A DNA stretch of 63,059 nucleotides, filler included, from Octopus bimaculoides (GCF_001194135.2; 4 parts of 3 records of this genome joined end to end with filler, not necessarily neighbours in it); one strand, 5' to 3'. Shown: positions 10,570-23,887, numbered from the whole stretch's first letter. Numbers and translations: made by a program. The notes: generated by a model from the sequence alone, not told the origin.

Positions 10570-11570
10570 GAGATATTATTGTCAAACTGGCTGATGAAGA
10601 GGGAGCCATTGTAGTTTGACAACCTAACCTATACAGACAAAAAACACTCTGCAACTCTTGATTCTACAGCAAGATACCAAAAGATCTCATGAACAACTAT
10701 CAGAAACAAGTGTCCACCACTGTTCATAAATTTACCTCTTCCAGCTCACTTTCACTAACTTCATTGTGACCTTGTCCCAAAGCCCCACTATTTTGTCCTC
10801 AGAATTCACAAACCAGACAATTCTGGTCACCCTATCATCTCCACCTGTAACTACCCTACACAACTTTTATCATAGTACCATGACAAAATATTATCACCTC
10901 TCTTTGCCATCTTAAAGACACCAGCCATGCCCTAAACCTCTTCAACTCATTCTCTTTTGAATCTGGTGAATCCAAACTCCCTTTTTGCTATAGACAAAAT
11001 TGCTGTACAGTCCTTCTCTACAATGGTAGCCTCTCAACCCTAAGACACTTCCTAGACCATCACCCTCTACCCAGCATTACTGCACTCCTCCTCAGCTTAG
11101 TCAAGTTCATCTTTCATTGCTTTTCTTTCACTGGGGAATTTTACAATCAAATCAGCTGTGGCAACAATTAGTCCCAATTATGCCAATCTCATTGTAGAAT
11201 CTGTCCAATTCACTGGGAAGATTTGCCCTTCAGTGTAGCCTACAAAGAGATTGAAGCCACAATGAACCCTCAAAGTAGCCTATACAGTCAATGTAACCAC
11301 CCTCACCAAACACAAGCTCAATAGTTTTATCTATTTTGTTCGCTCCTTTCACTCTGCCTTGGAATTTACCCACACATACTTCTGTAGTGTTTTCCATCAT
11401 CATAAGTTTCAACATCCACCTTTGTCTGCTACAAGCTTACTGATTCCAATCTCCATCTCTTCTTTTCACTCAAAACATACAAAATTTACAGCACCATTCT
11501 CACAATTCCTCTGTTTTCATGTCTATAAATCGTATTTCACCTGTTTATCCTCCCAGTGAAAGATAAAACT
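10570..11570 (+). mobile_element. Penelope-like reverse transcriptase remnant
   Basis: IIVKLAD..GAIVV, RIHKPDNSGHPIISTCNYPT, LKDTSHAL, LRHFLD, PNYANLIV, LNSFIYFVRSFHSALEFT. The YID(D)CIG segment lies on the opposite strand. Confidence 0.85.
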
Positions 11571-12019
11571 CATTCCAACAACTGCTCCTTGGAAACCTAG
11601 TAAGAACCTCTACAGTGCCTAGCTCCACACAGCCACTAGTTTCCAAAATATTTCAAAGATTGGTAAATTTCTTGTTGCTGTAATGTAATTGCTATGTTGA
11701 GGGAATAAATTTGATTGCATAATTGTTTTCTTTTTTGGTAGCTTGCTACCATATTATCAGCATTGTTTACAGTCATAGTGTTGTATACATGCATTTTGGA
11801 GAAAGCTATACGAATATTTATAGAAGTAGACACACTATATAGTTTACTGGCTATTTAAAAATCTCAAGTGTTTTCACAACATAAGAAAAAAAAAAAAACC
11901 AAAAAAAAACCTGCTGAATTAATATTGCAAAGAATTTATTAAAACAGCTAACAAAACAAAATTCTTATGAGCCACATATGTATTAAATGTTTCTAAAAAA
12001 TGTTATTTTTCTTTTCCAG

Positions 12020-12138
12020 TGGTATGGGGTGAGTGCAATCACTCTTTTCATAACTGCTGCATGTCATTATGGGTGAAACAGAACAACAGGTGTCCCCTTT
12101 GTCAACAAGAGTGGGTAGTACAACGCATTGGCAAGTGA
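12020..12138 (+). CDS. RNF7: Last coding exon of RING-box protein 2 (RNF7/RBX2/SAG)
   Basis: Polypyrimidine tract and CAG acceptor at 12017-12019, phase-1 start. Translation (V)VWGECNHSFHNCCMSLWVKQNNRCPLCQQEWVVQRIGK* is, as I recall it, the human RNF7 C-terminus except D>E. Upstream exons were not found in the window. Confidence 0.97.
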
Positions 12139-13046
12139 TATAAATTGATCTTCAGCTGATTTAATAATTTAAAGAAGAAATAAAACCTTCTCACCACTGC
12201 CTTTCAAATGTCAGGACAATACCACCTGGTTGATAATGGATAAATTTATTTATTTATAGCTAACATTTCTTATTATGAAGTAATTATAAATACTCCTCAA
12301 AATAAACACACTTCATACTAAGACTGTGTTGTTCACTGATAGCATTAGAAAGACAAACACCTTTTTCTCCTGAATGTATTTATTTATTTTTTTCCTTTTA
12401 CAATATTTATAGTAAAGTAAGTTTAAAAAAAGAAAGAGACATTAGGATTTTAATTTATTACTTAAGAATCATTTTTAATACATTAGCCCTACCCAGTTTG
12501 AAAAATCACTTATCTATTTGAATATCATTAATTGTTACAAACTGCATGGAATTTAAGGCACAGGACTAGAAATCAGTCTTGACATTGGGTGTTAATCCAT
12601 TACTAGATTTCACAAACAATAATGGAATAGTTTTAGCTTGTAATTGGAAACATTAATGAACATTTTAAATTATGAATTTTGTTTTTATTCCAGTCACCGG
12701 TAAAGGTAGTTCTTTCCCCACATTAAATTGTTTGTACATTTTCTGATATTTACGAAACAATTTGCAGATACAGGTCATGGTATTTGCAATTACACTGAGG
12801 ACTAACTTCAAAAGTGAAAGTACTACCAACGGTGTATCACAAAGATTGGCCAAAATAAGCAGTAAATTATTTTGTGTTTGTCTTTATTAAATATTGTATT
12901 ATATAGGGGGTCTCATTTTAATAGGCAATATATTTAGCAAAATAATTGTGTTAATTCAGACTTTAAAAAAAAAAAAAAAATGATATACTGTTTTTCTTGG
13001 CAACTAGTTGTTCATATTTCAGAACATATGAAAAATGATTTATATA

Positions 13047-13077
<31 letters not shown>

Positions 13078-13330
13078 AATTCCCCCAGCCCCACAAAAAA
13101 TACAAAAAAGAAAAAAATTAATAACAGTACAAAGCCAATAATCATAAACATTTTATTAAATTTTTAAAATTAGGGTTGGTAACTTTTTTTTATTCCATCC
13201 TACCCTTATTTTTGGTTTGATAAGAAAGTCTTTTTAAAACTACCGAAGAAAAAAAGGGTCCTTGATTAAAGTTTGCAATTTTGATATATTTACAAATACT
13301 ACAAGCTTCCAATAAACATAATTAGAGGAG
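12139..13330 (+). promoter_or_regulatory. Probable RNF7 3' UTR with candidate polyadenylation signals
   Basis: AT-rich, TE-free stretch after the stop; AATAAA at 12179, 12301 and 13311. The site actually used cannot be determined. Confidence 0.45.
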
Positions 13331-14804
13331 CTGGTAGTTCTATAGCATAGATGCAAATTAAATTATAATACAAGGAATATCTGGTCATTGGCAGAGCAGT
13401 TTTTGAGAGATAGAAGCAAAATGTTGAATCCATTCTATGACATGACAAAATCAAAATAATTTTGGCAGTTCTGACCATGAAGAAATGAGAACCTACATAT
13501 AATGGCTTTCCAGAATTGTTTCAATATGGAAAAGGGAATAAATATAACATTTATTCACACACACATACACACACACACACACATATATACATACATACAT
13601 GTATATATGCTATAAAAATAGAATAAAACTCAGATACACGCAAATCAAATTTATATGAAGGACAAGGCAATATTACAAGCAAACATATTAAAATAAAATT
13701 TAATCTGGGTATTTGGCAATGTAATATAAACAAAAATTAAATAAAAAGAAAAAGATCCTAACTCAATTTTAATATAACCTTTTTTTTAAAAAATACTTCC
13801 AGACATAGTTGGACATTTTTAATATTTAAATAAGCAGGCAAATTAGAATTTCCTTGCTTCTCAGCAAATATTGCCTATTTTTGCAAATGTCTATCCCAAC
13901 CAAAAAAAGTAAGAGCAGCTGAAAAGAAATTAAGAGCTATTGAGAGTTGATCATTTTAGAATCTCACCAGAATCTTCAGCAAGGTCAATTTGAATAGTTA
14001 GCTTATTTAGTTGTTTGTTTTTTTTTTAACCATAAAACATACTGCCAATAGTTTAAAGACAATTGCTCAGATAGCATAAAGAATGCATCGTTGGATCATA
14101 ACAGCATGTAATGGTGCAATTATTGACTTCTTTTTATTTATTTATATCTATATACAATCACATTAAATGGCATAAAACACTGGATGTTGACTTGTAGCTG
14201 CTGGCTAGGTGACACCTCATTATGCAAGATATGTATACATTTTTCTGAAATAGAAAAACCATGGATTATAAATAGCTAATGTTTTGCTTTTATAGAAAAT
14301 AAAACTGAATATCAAAATCTTATAAATTGGTCAGTTTAACAAAAATCAAATATTCATGCCTTATCTTAGTTGAAGGTCTGTCAATTTGCAATGTACTTAC
14401 TTCCTCATTATCACTAGGAAAATATGTTGTACGTACATCACTAGATGTGGTCTCCTATTCACTAAGGTGATTGTTTCAACTTGAAATGTTAAATCATTAC
14501 ATTTAAATATGACCAATTCTGTTGGGAAAGATTCATAGGCAGAACCATGCTATATTTTACCATTTTATTAACAGTTACTTGTTTTTAATTGATATGTGAA
14601 ACTTATATGACAGTTCGTAGTGGCTAAAAACCATTCCTATACTGTGTTGAAAGCCTTCAGTAGACTCGAGCCTCTAATATAGGATGTTTTGGTCTAAATA
14701 TGAGTTTCCATAAAAAAGAAAATAAAACATAACCCATCCAAAAATAAAAGCATTTAAAAAAAACAAAAAAAATATCAACTAGATTAAGGCTGGTAGATAA
14801 CAGT

Positions 14805-15450
14805 TTACTCAAAGTAGCTGCCCTCAGCTTCCACCACAACCTCAAAATGGTTCTGGAACCTTGTGCATGCATTCTTGGAAGATCTTTGAACACCACCATG
14901 GCAACCAGCTTGGCCTTACAAGCAGAGCAGTTGGTGTCTTTCTCAATCATGCTGCACACTTAGCAATCCATGGGAAGGAGGCTAGAAATTGGAGCTGGTG
15001 AAGTTGAAGAAATTCTTTAACTACTTCTGACTCTTTCTGGAGGCATGGCAAGGTGCTGAATCCTGCTGCTACACATATGGCCTTCCAGTAGCTTCACATA
15101 GCTGCCTGAACTGAGCCTAAATCTCTGTTCAAAGATGTGGTGATGAATTCCAGCATGTAAACAGTCAGAACACCTGATGTGCCCTTTTCAACTGGCTATG
15201 TATGGCTTTGTTGTCTCCATTGCAGCTTTTATAGTGTTCACAACATTGAGCAGCAGTCATTTTGACACCTATTGTGAATCATCAAGATACTGGCAATCTT
15301 TTTCCAGTATTCAAATGGCTTCTGGTCCTCTATGTCAACTAACATTTTTTCAACTACAACTTCAATTACTATACTCTCCAACCCTTGACTATTCACCAAT
15401 ACATCAAACTGTTCCTGAAAAAAAGGAAACATACAAAAATGGTCAAATTT
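14805..15450 (-). mobile_element. Degenerate Tc1/mariner-superfamily transposase, C-terminal half
   Basis: GRPYV*QQDSAPCHASRKSQK*L...F*PP..., IEKDTN, ending EAEGSYFE* (stop 14805-14807). Confidence 0.8.
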
Positions 15451-15582
15451 AGTCTGAACACAGCTCTTCATTGGGGCAAATAGAAAGCAATGGAACCATA
15501 GTTATGTGCATGCAAGTAGAAAAAAAACTTTGCACATAGCTTAAATTATAGTGTATTATTCCTCCTAATCTACTGTTTAAAG

Positions 15583-16092
15583 CAGTGGTTCTCAACCTTT
15601 TATAGCTTAGTGCCTGAATAGAATTGTTTCAGAAGTCCCACTCCCAGATTTTGCATGAAAAAAGAAACAATACAGACAATTTTAAGTAAATAGCATGTAC
15701 CTCTTTTCAGGTATATGTGTGGACTAGTCTCCTTTGTTAATTTTTTATGGAAATTACCAAAGAGGGCAAGGACTTATATAATGAAACTGTGGTTTGTCTT
15801 GTGTTTGATAAGATTTTGCTTATTTAAAAATAAGTTCAGTATTTGACAATTAGAGCTTCAAGTATCTTTTTATTCAATGTTTAGCTAACTGTTACTATTA
15901 TGCTGAATAATAATAGAATAATTCTTTAACTAGACCTGAAGAAGGAAATGCTAATAACAGCTACTTCCAATGATAGGAATATTGATAATATAATGTCATA
16001 TGCATTCTAAACCTGGCAAAGATTTTTGAATAATTTGTTTAAAAATTATGTATTATACCTGGTATAAACATTGTCCAGTTTAAGAACCACTG
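15583..16092. mobile_element. hAT-type MITE
   Basis: TIRs CAGTGGTTCTCAA / TTAAGAACCACTG; 8-bp flanks GTTTAAAG and ATTTACAG (6/8 match). Confidence 0.7.
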
Positions 16093-16254
16093 ATTTACAG
16101 TAATGTTACAGATCTTTTATTGCTCTAGNNNNNNNNNNNNNNNNNNNNNNNNNNNNNNNNNNNNNNNNNNNNTTAATTAATTAANNNNNNNNNNNNNNNN
16201 NNNNNNNNNNNNNNNNNNNNNNNNNNNNAAAAAAAAAAAAAAAAATCGAGCCTC

Positions 16255-16505
16255 CTGCCAAGAGTAGAAAAGAATATGCTGGTTTCAAATATTGGCACAA
16301 ACTCAGCAAGTTCAGGGGTGGGAATAAGTCGATTACATCGACCTCAGCACTCAACTTGTATTTAGTTTATCGACCCCGAAAGGATAAAAGTCGAAGTTGA
16401 CCCCAGTGGAATTTGAAACCAGAGCGTAAAAAACGGGCGAAATAACTTTACGCATTGCAACCGGTGAGCTGCGTATTCTGCCAGCTCCCCGCCTTATACC
16501 AGTAA
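16255..16505 (-). mobile_element. SINE of the GCCTTTCATCCTTTCGGGGTCGATAAA family (resembles the Meta domain as I recall it)
   Basis: Reverse complement of the copy at 42092-42335. Confidence 0.75.
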
Positions 16506-17055
16506 TGTATTTAAGGAATTCATTCAACAGTACAAAATGATCGTAGGGAAAATAAGTAAAACTAAACTGGTCTCGAGATATCAATATAATGCGTATTAAA
16601 TTAATTGAAATTGTCACATATGTTTCCCACTATCTCAGTCAAATATCGATCCATAGGTAGGACAGATGCATTCATTCAATTCCAGGTGTGATACTACGAC
16701 ATAGCTCCTTGCGTATGTCTCGGTGAAAATGGTCTCAATGTAATCTAATGCTTATAGAAATAAATATAGACATACATTCTCAATTTCTAGGATAATTACG
16801 ACTGCCAAAAACATACATAAGACGATTGTGTTGAAATTGGTCAATCGAAANNNNNNNNNNNNNNNNNNNNNNNNNNNNNNNNNNNNNNNNNNNNNNNNNN
16901 NNNNNNNNNNNNNNNNNNNNNNNNNNNNNNNNNNNNNNNNNNNNNNNNNNNNNNNNNNNNNNNNNNNNNNNNNNNNNNNNNNNNNNNNNNNNNNNNNNNN
17001 NNNNNNNNNNNNNNNNNNNNNNNNNNNNNNNNNNNNNNNNNNNNNNNNNNNNNNN

Positions 17056-17081
17056 TTCTTCTTCTTCTTCTTCTTCTTCTT

Positions 17082-17112
<31 letters not shown>

Positions 17113-17800
17113 ATCCTTTTTGTCCCTTGTGGAGAATAGGGCCTCAACAGTTATTTTCCACTTTTTGCGGTCATTGGCGTGTTTCTTGGCTGCTTCCCAT
17201 GTCAGGCCGGTGGTCCGCAGCTCGTCCAAAATGCTCCGCTTCCACGTCTGCATTGGGCGTCCTCGCTTCCTTTTCCCCCGCGGGTTCCAGTCAAGTGCTT
17301 GTCGTGTCACATTTGAGGGTTCTTTCTGCAGTGTTTGTCCGATCCTTCTCCATTTCTCTTAGTCTAATCTGAACATGTATGGGCTCCTGGTTAGCCCTTT
17401 CCCACAGGTCGGTGTTTGGCGCTCTGCCGAACCACTTAAGATGGAGTATCTGCCAGAGACATTTGTTGATGAAGGTCCGGATGTTTTTGTAGTTGCTGCA
17501 GGTGGCTCTCCATGTTTCAGCGCCACGCAAAAGCACCAGTATCACCTCACGCTACTCGGCATGTGGGAAGTAAGGTGAAACTCCTTCGGAGAGATCAAAT
17601 TAGAGACAGGTGAAACACTTCTCTACTCGGGTAAAGACAATGAAGAGTTCCATCATGAAGCTGGGGTAGCGCTGCTGTCGAAGTCTTTTTAGCCGTGACA
17701 ATTCTGTGAACCATATGCTGTCGGGCCCCACTGCTGATATCGGGGGGTTGCGTTCTATGCCTTGACCCGTGCATAGGACAGAGCTCACCTCTTTGAGCTG
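17056..17800 (-). mobile_element. RTE-clade LINE 3' end with (GAA)n tail
   Basis: LLRGAETW, TFINKCL..IL, RQALDWNPRGKRKRGRP..TWKRS, then TAA and (GAA)n. Confidence 0.9.
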
Positions 17801-18009
17801 AGAAATGAATGGAATGACTGGTGCGTGTCTTGTGGCTACCCACTCCTAAAAAAAAATGGGAAATGTGCCTGGGTGCATATAAAGAAATAAAGAGCTCTTC
17901 GATTAGATTATTTCCTTTACAAAACTTTAGTGTTGTTTGGAGGAGATTTGAATATTATTGGTTTAGAATTTTGGTGCAATGTCAGCAATTTGGCGTCAAG
18001 AAGTAAGTC

Positions 18010-18560
18010 AATAACATCCATCCCAGTGTTCTACTGATATTTATTTTATCGAACCCGAAAGGATAGCTCGGCGGAATTTGAACTTAGAACGTAAAGATTG
18101 ACACAATGCCGCTAAGTATTTTTCCCAGCGGGCTAACGATTCTGCCAGTTCAAATCCTTATAATAGTAATACTACCTACTAGAAGCACAAGACCTGAAAT
18201 TTTGAGGGCTGAGAATACTCGAATATATCCACAACAATACTTAACTGATGCTTATTTCATCGACCCCAAAATGGATGAAAGGTAAACAGGACATCCAATG
18301 CATTTGAAACCAGAGCCAGAACTGTGGCTAAGTATTTTGTCGGGCGTGTGGTCAATTTTTCCAGCTCACCGTCCTGGAAATTTGAATATCATTTCTTATA
18401 GATCGTTCCACCACGTAGAGATTACTCTGACTAATATATTACGGATGTTAATGGTACCTTACAAAATATCTCAACGCTGCTAGAAATAGCAGCTAAATTT
18501 CCATGGGGGCCTACGCTTTCGTCTTAATGATAGAACATACTAGATAAGGTTAATAGAGTT
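18010..18560 (-). mobile_element. Cluster of degenerate Meta-like SINE units plus an associated repeat segment
   Basis: Repeated TTTATCGA.CCCGAAAGG and GGAATTTGAAC motifs. Confidence 0.6.
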
Positions 18561-18874
18561 ATACCATGCGAAAAATAAAGAAGTAACTGGGTGGTCAGAG
18601 GTAGAATGCGATTTAATCGAGGATGTGCTGCATAAAAACACTGGACGATTAACAACAGCAACAAACATCAAAACAGAAACGGTTATAAGGACAACTAAAA
18701 TAACATTTCATTTTAGTTGGCCAATGGAAGTCACAAAAAACTTTAAAAGTATGTCCATACGCCATTTTAGTCTCCACTGCATGTGCAAGAAACCAAGCTC
18801 ACACACACGCACACACACACACACATACACACATATCACTCTCACACGCACAAATCAATATCTCACACATAAAT

Positions 18875-18952
<78 letters not shown>

Positions 18953-19377
18953 ATAGGAATAATATTATCGATGTAGCAAATCGATAACGAAAATTACGAA
19001 TGTAACAAGCTACTACTTCGTGGAATCTTTAATTGCATCCATTTCTTTTTCCGATCTGTTTGGCCAGTGTTTTGGAAATCTATCTATCTATCTNNNNNNN
19101 NNNNNNNNNNNNNNNNNNNNNNNNNNNNNNNNNNNNNNNNNNNNNNNNNNNNNNNNNNNNNNNNNNNNNNNNNNNNNNNNNNNNNNNNNNNNNNNNNNNN
19201 NNNNNNNNNNNNNNNNNNNNNNNNNNNNNNNNNNNNNNNNNNNNNNNNNNNNNNNNNNNNNNNNNNNNNNNNNNNNNNNNNNNNNNNNNNNNNNNNNNNN
19301 NNNNNNNNNNNNNNNNNNNNNNNNNNNNNNNNNNNNNNNNNNNNNNNNNNNNNNNNNNNNNNNNNNNNNNNNNNNNN

Positions 19378-19413
<36 letters not shown>

Positions 19414-19892
19414 GCAGAACTAATGCAAATTAAATCCTATTGAATAAAAATGTAAAAAGGAAAAATATTATTGGCCAAGAGGTCACAGTTAACTTACCAT
19501 TAGATTGAAATTGGCCAGCTATATCATACCAATTAAGTTTGCGAAATTCCTTCGAAAATAACTGGTATTTAACATAATTTCTTCCCATTTTCTTTCTGCA
19601 CTTTTAATCTTACCTTTGGACATAACAACAACCAGCGTTTACACTTCTGTAATTTGGAATAAGTGTTTTTTTCTCTAATTGATACTACTATATCGGAGGC
19701 ATTCCCTTCTTTTAACAATAGTCCTAATTTTTAAAAGATACTGATCAATTGTATACCCAATTGAATCATTGCTACATTGATTTTCAAAATCTTTCAAACT
19801 TTCACAAATTAACAACACACTCTGAACTAGTATGATAAGTGTCCATCAATACTGAGGCATGCAATTATAATTAATATTGTTATTGTTCCTAA

Positions 19893-20860
19893 GGCAGCGA
19901 GCTGGCAGAAACGTTAGCACGCCGGGCGAAATGCTTAGCGGTATTTCGTTCTACCTTTACGTTCTGAGTTCAAATTCTGCCGAGGTCGACTTTACCTTTC
20001 ATCCTTTCGGGGTCAATAAATTAAGTACCAGTTACGCACTAGGGTCGATGTAATCGACGTAATCCCTTTGTCTGTCCTTGTTTATCCCCTCTGTGTTAGC
20101 CCCTTGTTGCATACTGGGGGTCAATAAATTAAGTACCAGTTGCGTACTGGGTCAATCTAATCGACTGGCACCCTCCTTCAAAATTTTGGGCTTTGTGCCT
20201 AAAGGAGAAAAGATTCGCTACATAGCGGTATTTCGCTTGTCGCTACATGCTGAGTTCAAATTCCACAGATGTCGACTTTACCTTTCATCTTTTCGGGTTC
20301 GATAAATTAAGTACCAGTTGCGTGCTGGGGTCGATCTAATCGACTGGCCCCCTCCCCCTAAATTTCAGGCCTTTTACCTATGGTAGAAATGATTATTATT
20401 CTTCCAAGTACGTGGTGAGCTGGTAGAATTGTTTGCACGCCGGACAAAATGCTTAGCGACATTTCGTTAGACTTTACTTTCTGAATTCAAATTTCTCGGA
20501 AGTCGACATTGCTTTTCATCCATCCTGGGTCAGTGATATAAGTACCAGTTGGACAGTGAGGTCGATGTAATCGACTTTGCCAATTCTCCGAAATTGCTGG
20601 CATAGTTCCAGGATTTGAAATCAACATTGTTATTGGCCCAAGGCCGTGAGCTGGGAGTATCATAAGCACACCGGGAGAAATTATTAGAGGCATTCGTCCG
20701 TCTTCAAGTTCTGATTTCAAATTAAGCCGAGGTCAAATTTACCTTTCATCCTCGGGATAAAATAAGTACAACTTGAGCGTTGGGGTTAAATTAATCGACT
20801 TACCGCTTCCCTCGAAATAGCTGGCATTTTGCCAAAATTTGAAACTAATATTAATGTTCC
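19893..20860 (+). mobile_element. Head-to-tail array of about five Meta-like SINE units
   Basis: Units start GAGCTGG.AGAA..GTT.GCAC.CCGG and contain CTTTCATCC..CGGGGTC.ATAAA..AAGTACCAG; ATT-rich spacers. Confidence 0.85.
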
Positions 20861-21181
20861 TATGTTGTTATACTTTAAGGCAAACGGTGCTAACTATCTG
20901 AAAAATGTTTGAGATTAATCTACGTATCAAGCAATAATTTATTTCGTCTTTTCCTTCCATGCACACACTCTGTCTGTCTCTTTGTCTCACACGCCGCGTA
21001 TATATATGTTCTAATGTTTCCATTGACTAACTAGAAACTTTCAATAAATAATTGTCGGTAGGATTATAACTGAAAGTTATTCATCCTCGGGAAATGAAAC
21101 CACAGTTTAAATTTTGTGTACAGGGAATCATCTATCAATGTATACAATGATATATATACATGTATGTGTGTGTGCGCGCGT

Positions 21182-21217
<36 letters not shown>

Positions 21218-21246
21218 ACAAACACATATATGCACACACAAAAAAG

Positions 21247-21820
21247 CACAGGCGTGGCTGTGTGGTTTGAAATTTGCTTCAGCAACAAATGGATCCGGGC
21301 TCAGTCACTTTACGTGGAAACTCAGGCAAGGGGCCATTTACACTGAATCTGTAAAACGTCCGTCGCATACACACATGCGCCCCCCACCCCACATAAAGGG
21401 TAAGGGTAAAAAAACCCTTTCGGTTATGAATGACCATGGGATTGCAACTAGAATGCAACCCTCCAAGTCACAAGTCCGGGCCAGAGTGTTTATGGATGAC
21501 CAGCAGTTGCCTATGTCTACCAGCCTCCCCTCTCCACGCCACTGATGTTATCCAAGGGAAAGGCAAAGGTCGATACAGCTTGGCAGTAGTGACGTCACAT
21601 CTCATTTCTACAGCTGAGTGAACTGGAGCAACGTGAAATAAAGTGTCTTGCCCAAGAACACAACACAGCCCGGTCCGTGATTCGAACTCACTTTGGCAAA
21701 ACTGACCTATAGATTATATCCCAGGCTTGAAAGTAGTACTGAGATCAAATCTTTTGACTACAATTCTTCTAGGTGGTCACCCAATATGGCTGCAGTCTAA
21801 TGACTGAAAATCTGAAAGAC
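21247..21820. mobile_element. Nested SINEs: CORE-like SINE (+; head 21247-21350, tail 21700-21820) interrupted by a different tRNA-SINE (-; 21415-21690)
   Basis: Head GGCGTGGCTGTGTGG and tail ATGGCTGCAGTCTAATGACTGAAA. The inner minus-strand copy has GTTCGAATC and TTCACGTTGCTCCAGTTCACTCAGCTG. Confidence 0.7.
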
Positions 21821-22231
21821 ACATTTCAGGACGATTCTGATTGTGGGTATGATTTCTATACTAAAAGACACCATTGATATTACAGCTGGTCCTTTTGTTG
21901 TTGCTGCAGTAGACTATACTATTCAACCGCATTTCGCTAAGAAGTGAGTGACATATATATTTTTGTGAAAGCTTTACAATAATTACTAAAATTGTTTTTG
22001 TTTCGTGTTAAGCTGTTTGTTATTCTACTTCCATTTTATTTAGATTATGTTAACTTTTTAGTCCTCTAGACATGGAATGTCGTACTTAGAAACATTTATG
22101 TGGTAACGAAAGAAGAAAAACAACAATATTAGTCAATATTAACAATAGATGATAATTATGTTTTCAGGGAAACAAAGGAACAATGATAGTCAAGAGACAA
22201 TATTATATTGTTTTAGAAGAGACGATAGTAA

Positions 22232-22271
22232 CTGTCACATGTTTCGAAATTTTCTAACCTCATCAGTGAAG
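22232..22271 (-). ncRNA. Hammerhead-like motif with intact core and damaged cleavage site
   Basis: CUUCA-CUGAUGA-G...C-GAAA-CAUG-U-GACAG: palindromic stem III ACAUGU, but G17 and a poor stem I. Confidence 0.45.
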
Positions 22272-23887
22272 TATGTACTTCAATATATGTGCCAATGCTG
22301 TGATGGCGTAATCACCAAATAACTAGACAATACTTTACGTTTATTGTTCGACAAAAATAGAACTGCTCAGAGATGTTTTTTTATGACGATGTAGAGGTAG
22401 TTCTCGTAGTTGGCATCTTCTTGTCAGTTTCGAATTTAAGTCTGGAAAACTTAGGAAAAAATTGTGAAAATCATGAAGGTCAAAGCTTCACATTTTATTT
22501 TTAACTTTTGAATTAGCATACTTAACTGCTGTAAATTACACCGTTAAAAACAGCCTTAAAATAGTGAGTGCTCAAACAGGGTGACTTGGGATTTTATTAA
22601 ACTATACGAAAATAAATTTATCCGCAGGTGCCTCCGCCAACAACGTAGTGGTTGTATAGGGCCTAATTCTGAATATTATTTTGCATTTCATGTTCATTAG
22701 TGAAGGTATGAGATTTCTTGACGTCTCATTAGCAATGATAGAGCTTATTCTATTGAAAATAAATTTAAAAAATAAAAATAATTCAGAAAAAAAGAAAGAA
22801 AGAAAATGAAACTGCAATTAGAAAATAGAAAGCTAATCAAAAATTACAGGAAAGAAAATTAAATAGTATTTTTGTTAATTAGCCATGCTGACATGAACAT
22901 TTAAACATTCGATTCAGAAAATATGGATTATTTTTACACACATAAAGAAGAAAAAAAAACAATCAAAACAAAATCAAATCATAAATAAGTTCAGCAATTT
23001 TTTAACGACGTAATTTTATGTTATTCATTTATCTTGAAATCGAATATGGAAGAAATTATTTTAAATACTCGTTACTGCAGTCACTTTTCTGAGGCCCCCC
23101 AGTTTTTGAAATAAGGAGAATATGAGACTGTATCATGCTCATAGCTTTCTTGGGCTCATTAGTGACGTTAATGAGGCAGAGTGGTTCTTAATGTAGGAAT
23201 GTCTTTTTAGAAAACTTATTGAGCTACATGCCAGGTTCTTATATTCGGTTTTTTAATACCTTCAAGGAACGAGAAGCAAATGTTCTCTCCCACATTTGTC
23301 TTTTCCCACATGGTAAACTGATCGAGGCATGTCATCAAGGTAAACTATTGTCACCCCGTAGAAATGTACTCCTAGTCATCTATACAATACTACACATTTA
23401 CAAGATATATTAAATTATTTCAGTATTAAGTTTCAATCTAAGCTACAGAATGAAACGTAACCCTGGGCATGAACTTTAGGCACTGATTTTTTTGGCTGTT
23501 TCTCTGGGATCCTCTTGATTCCACCATCGACACTGCTGGTATTGTTGTTTATGCCTAGTTCACATCTGATCGAACAAGAGTATATTTGAAGGTGCTACAA
23601 ACACCGCCACCCATTCTATTAATGGTAACGTATTATTCCCTTTTTTTTAGATGGCTGTCATTTCTATTAGATTGGCTAAGTGATTAGAAATGTTCTTTCG
23701 TACAACACCACCATCCATGTTCTTGTTACTTTCAGATCAGCTATAAAAGCGCAGTTCCATGATACAACGCTTATAATCCTCGTCCATCTCGTCCATCTCT
23801 AAGATAATGAGTAGTTAATGCTAACACTATTATCTATTATGCGTCTCCTGTTACAGTACAGCAATGGGTAACTTTTGACTATAATTA

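Noticed and set aside
12776-12816. Possible alternative RNF7 terminal exon (TTTGCAG|AT ACA GGT..., DTGHGICNYTED*)
   Set aside because: No homology support; AG-plus-short-ORF matches are common in AT-rich UTRs.
16173-16184. TTAATTAATTAA islands inside N runs (also 37048-37059 and 61187-61198)
   Set aside because: An identical six-frame-stop 12-mer flanked by Ns three times is a scaffolding linker, not biology.
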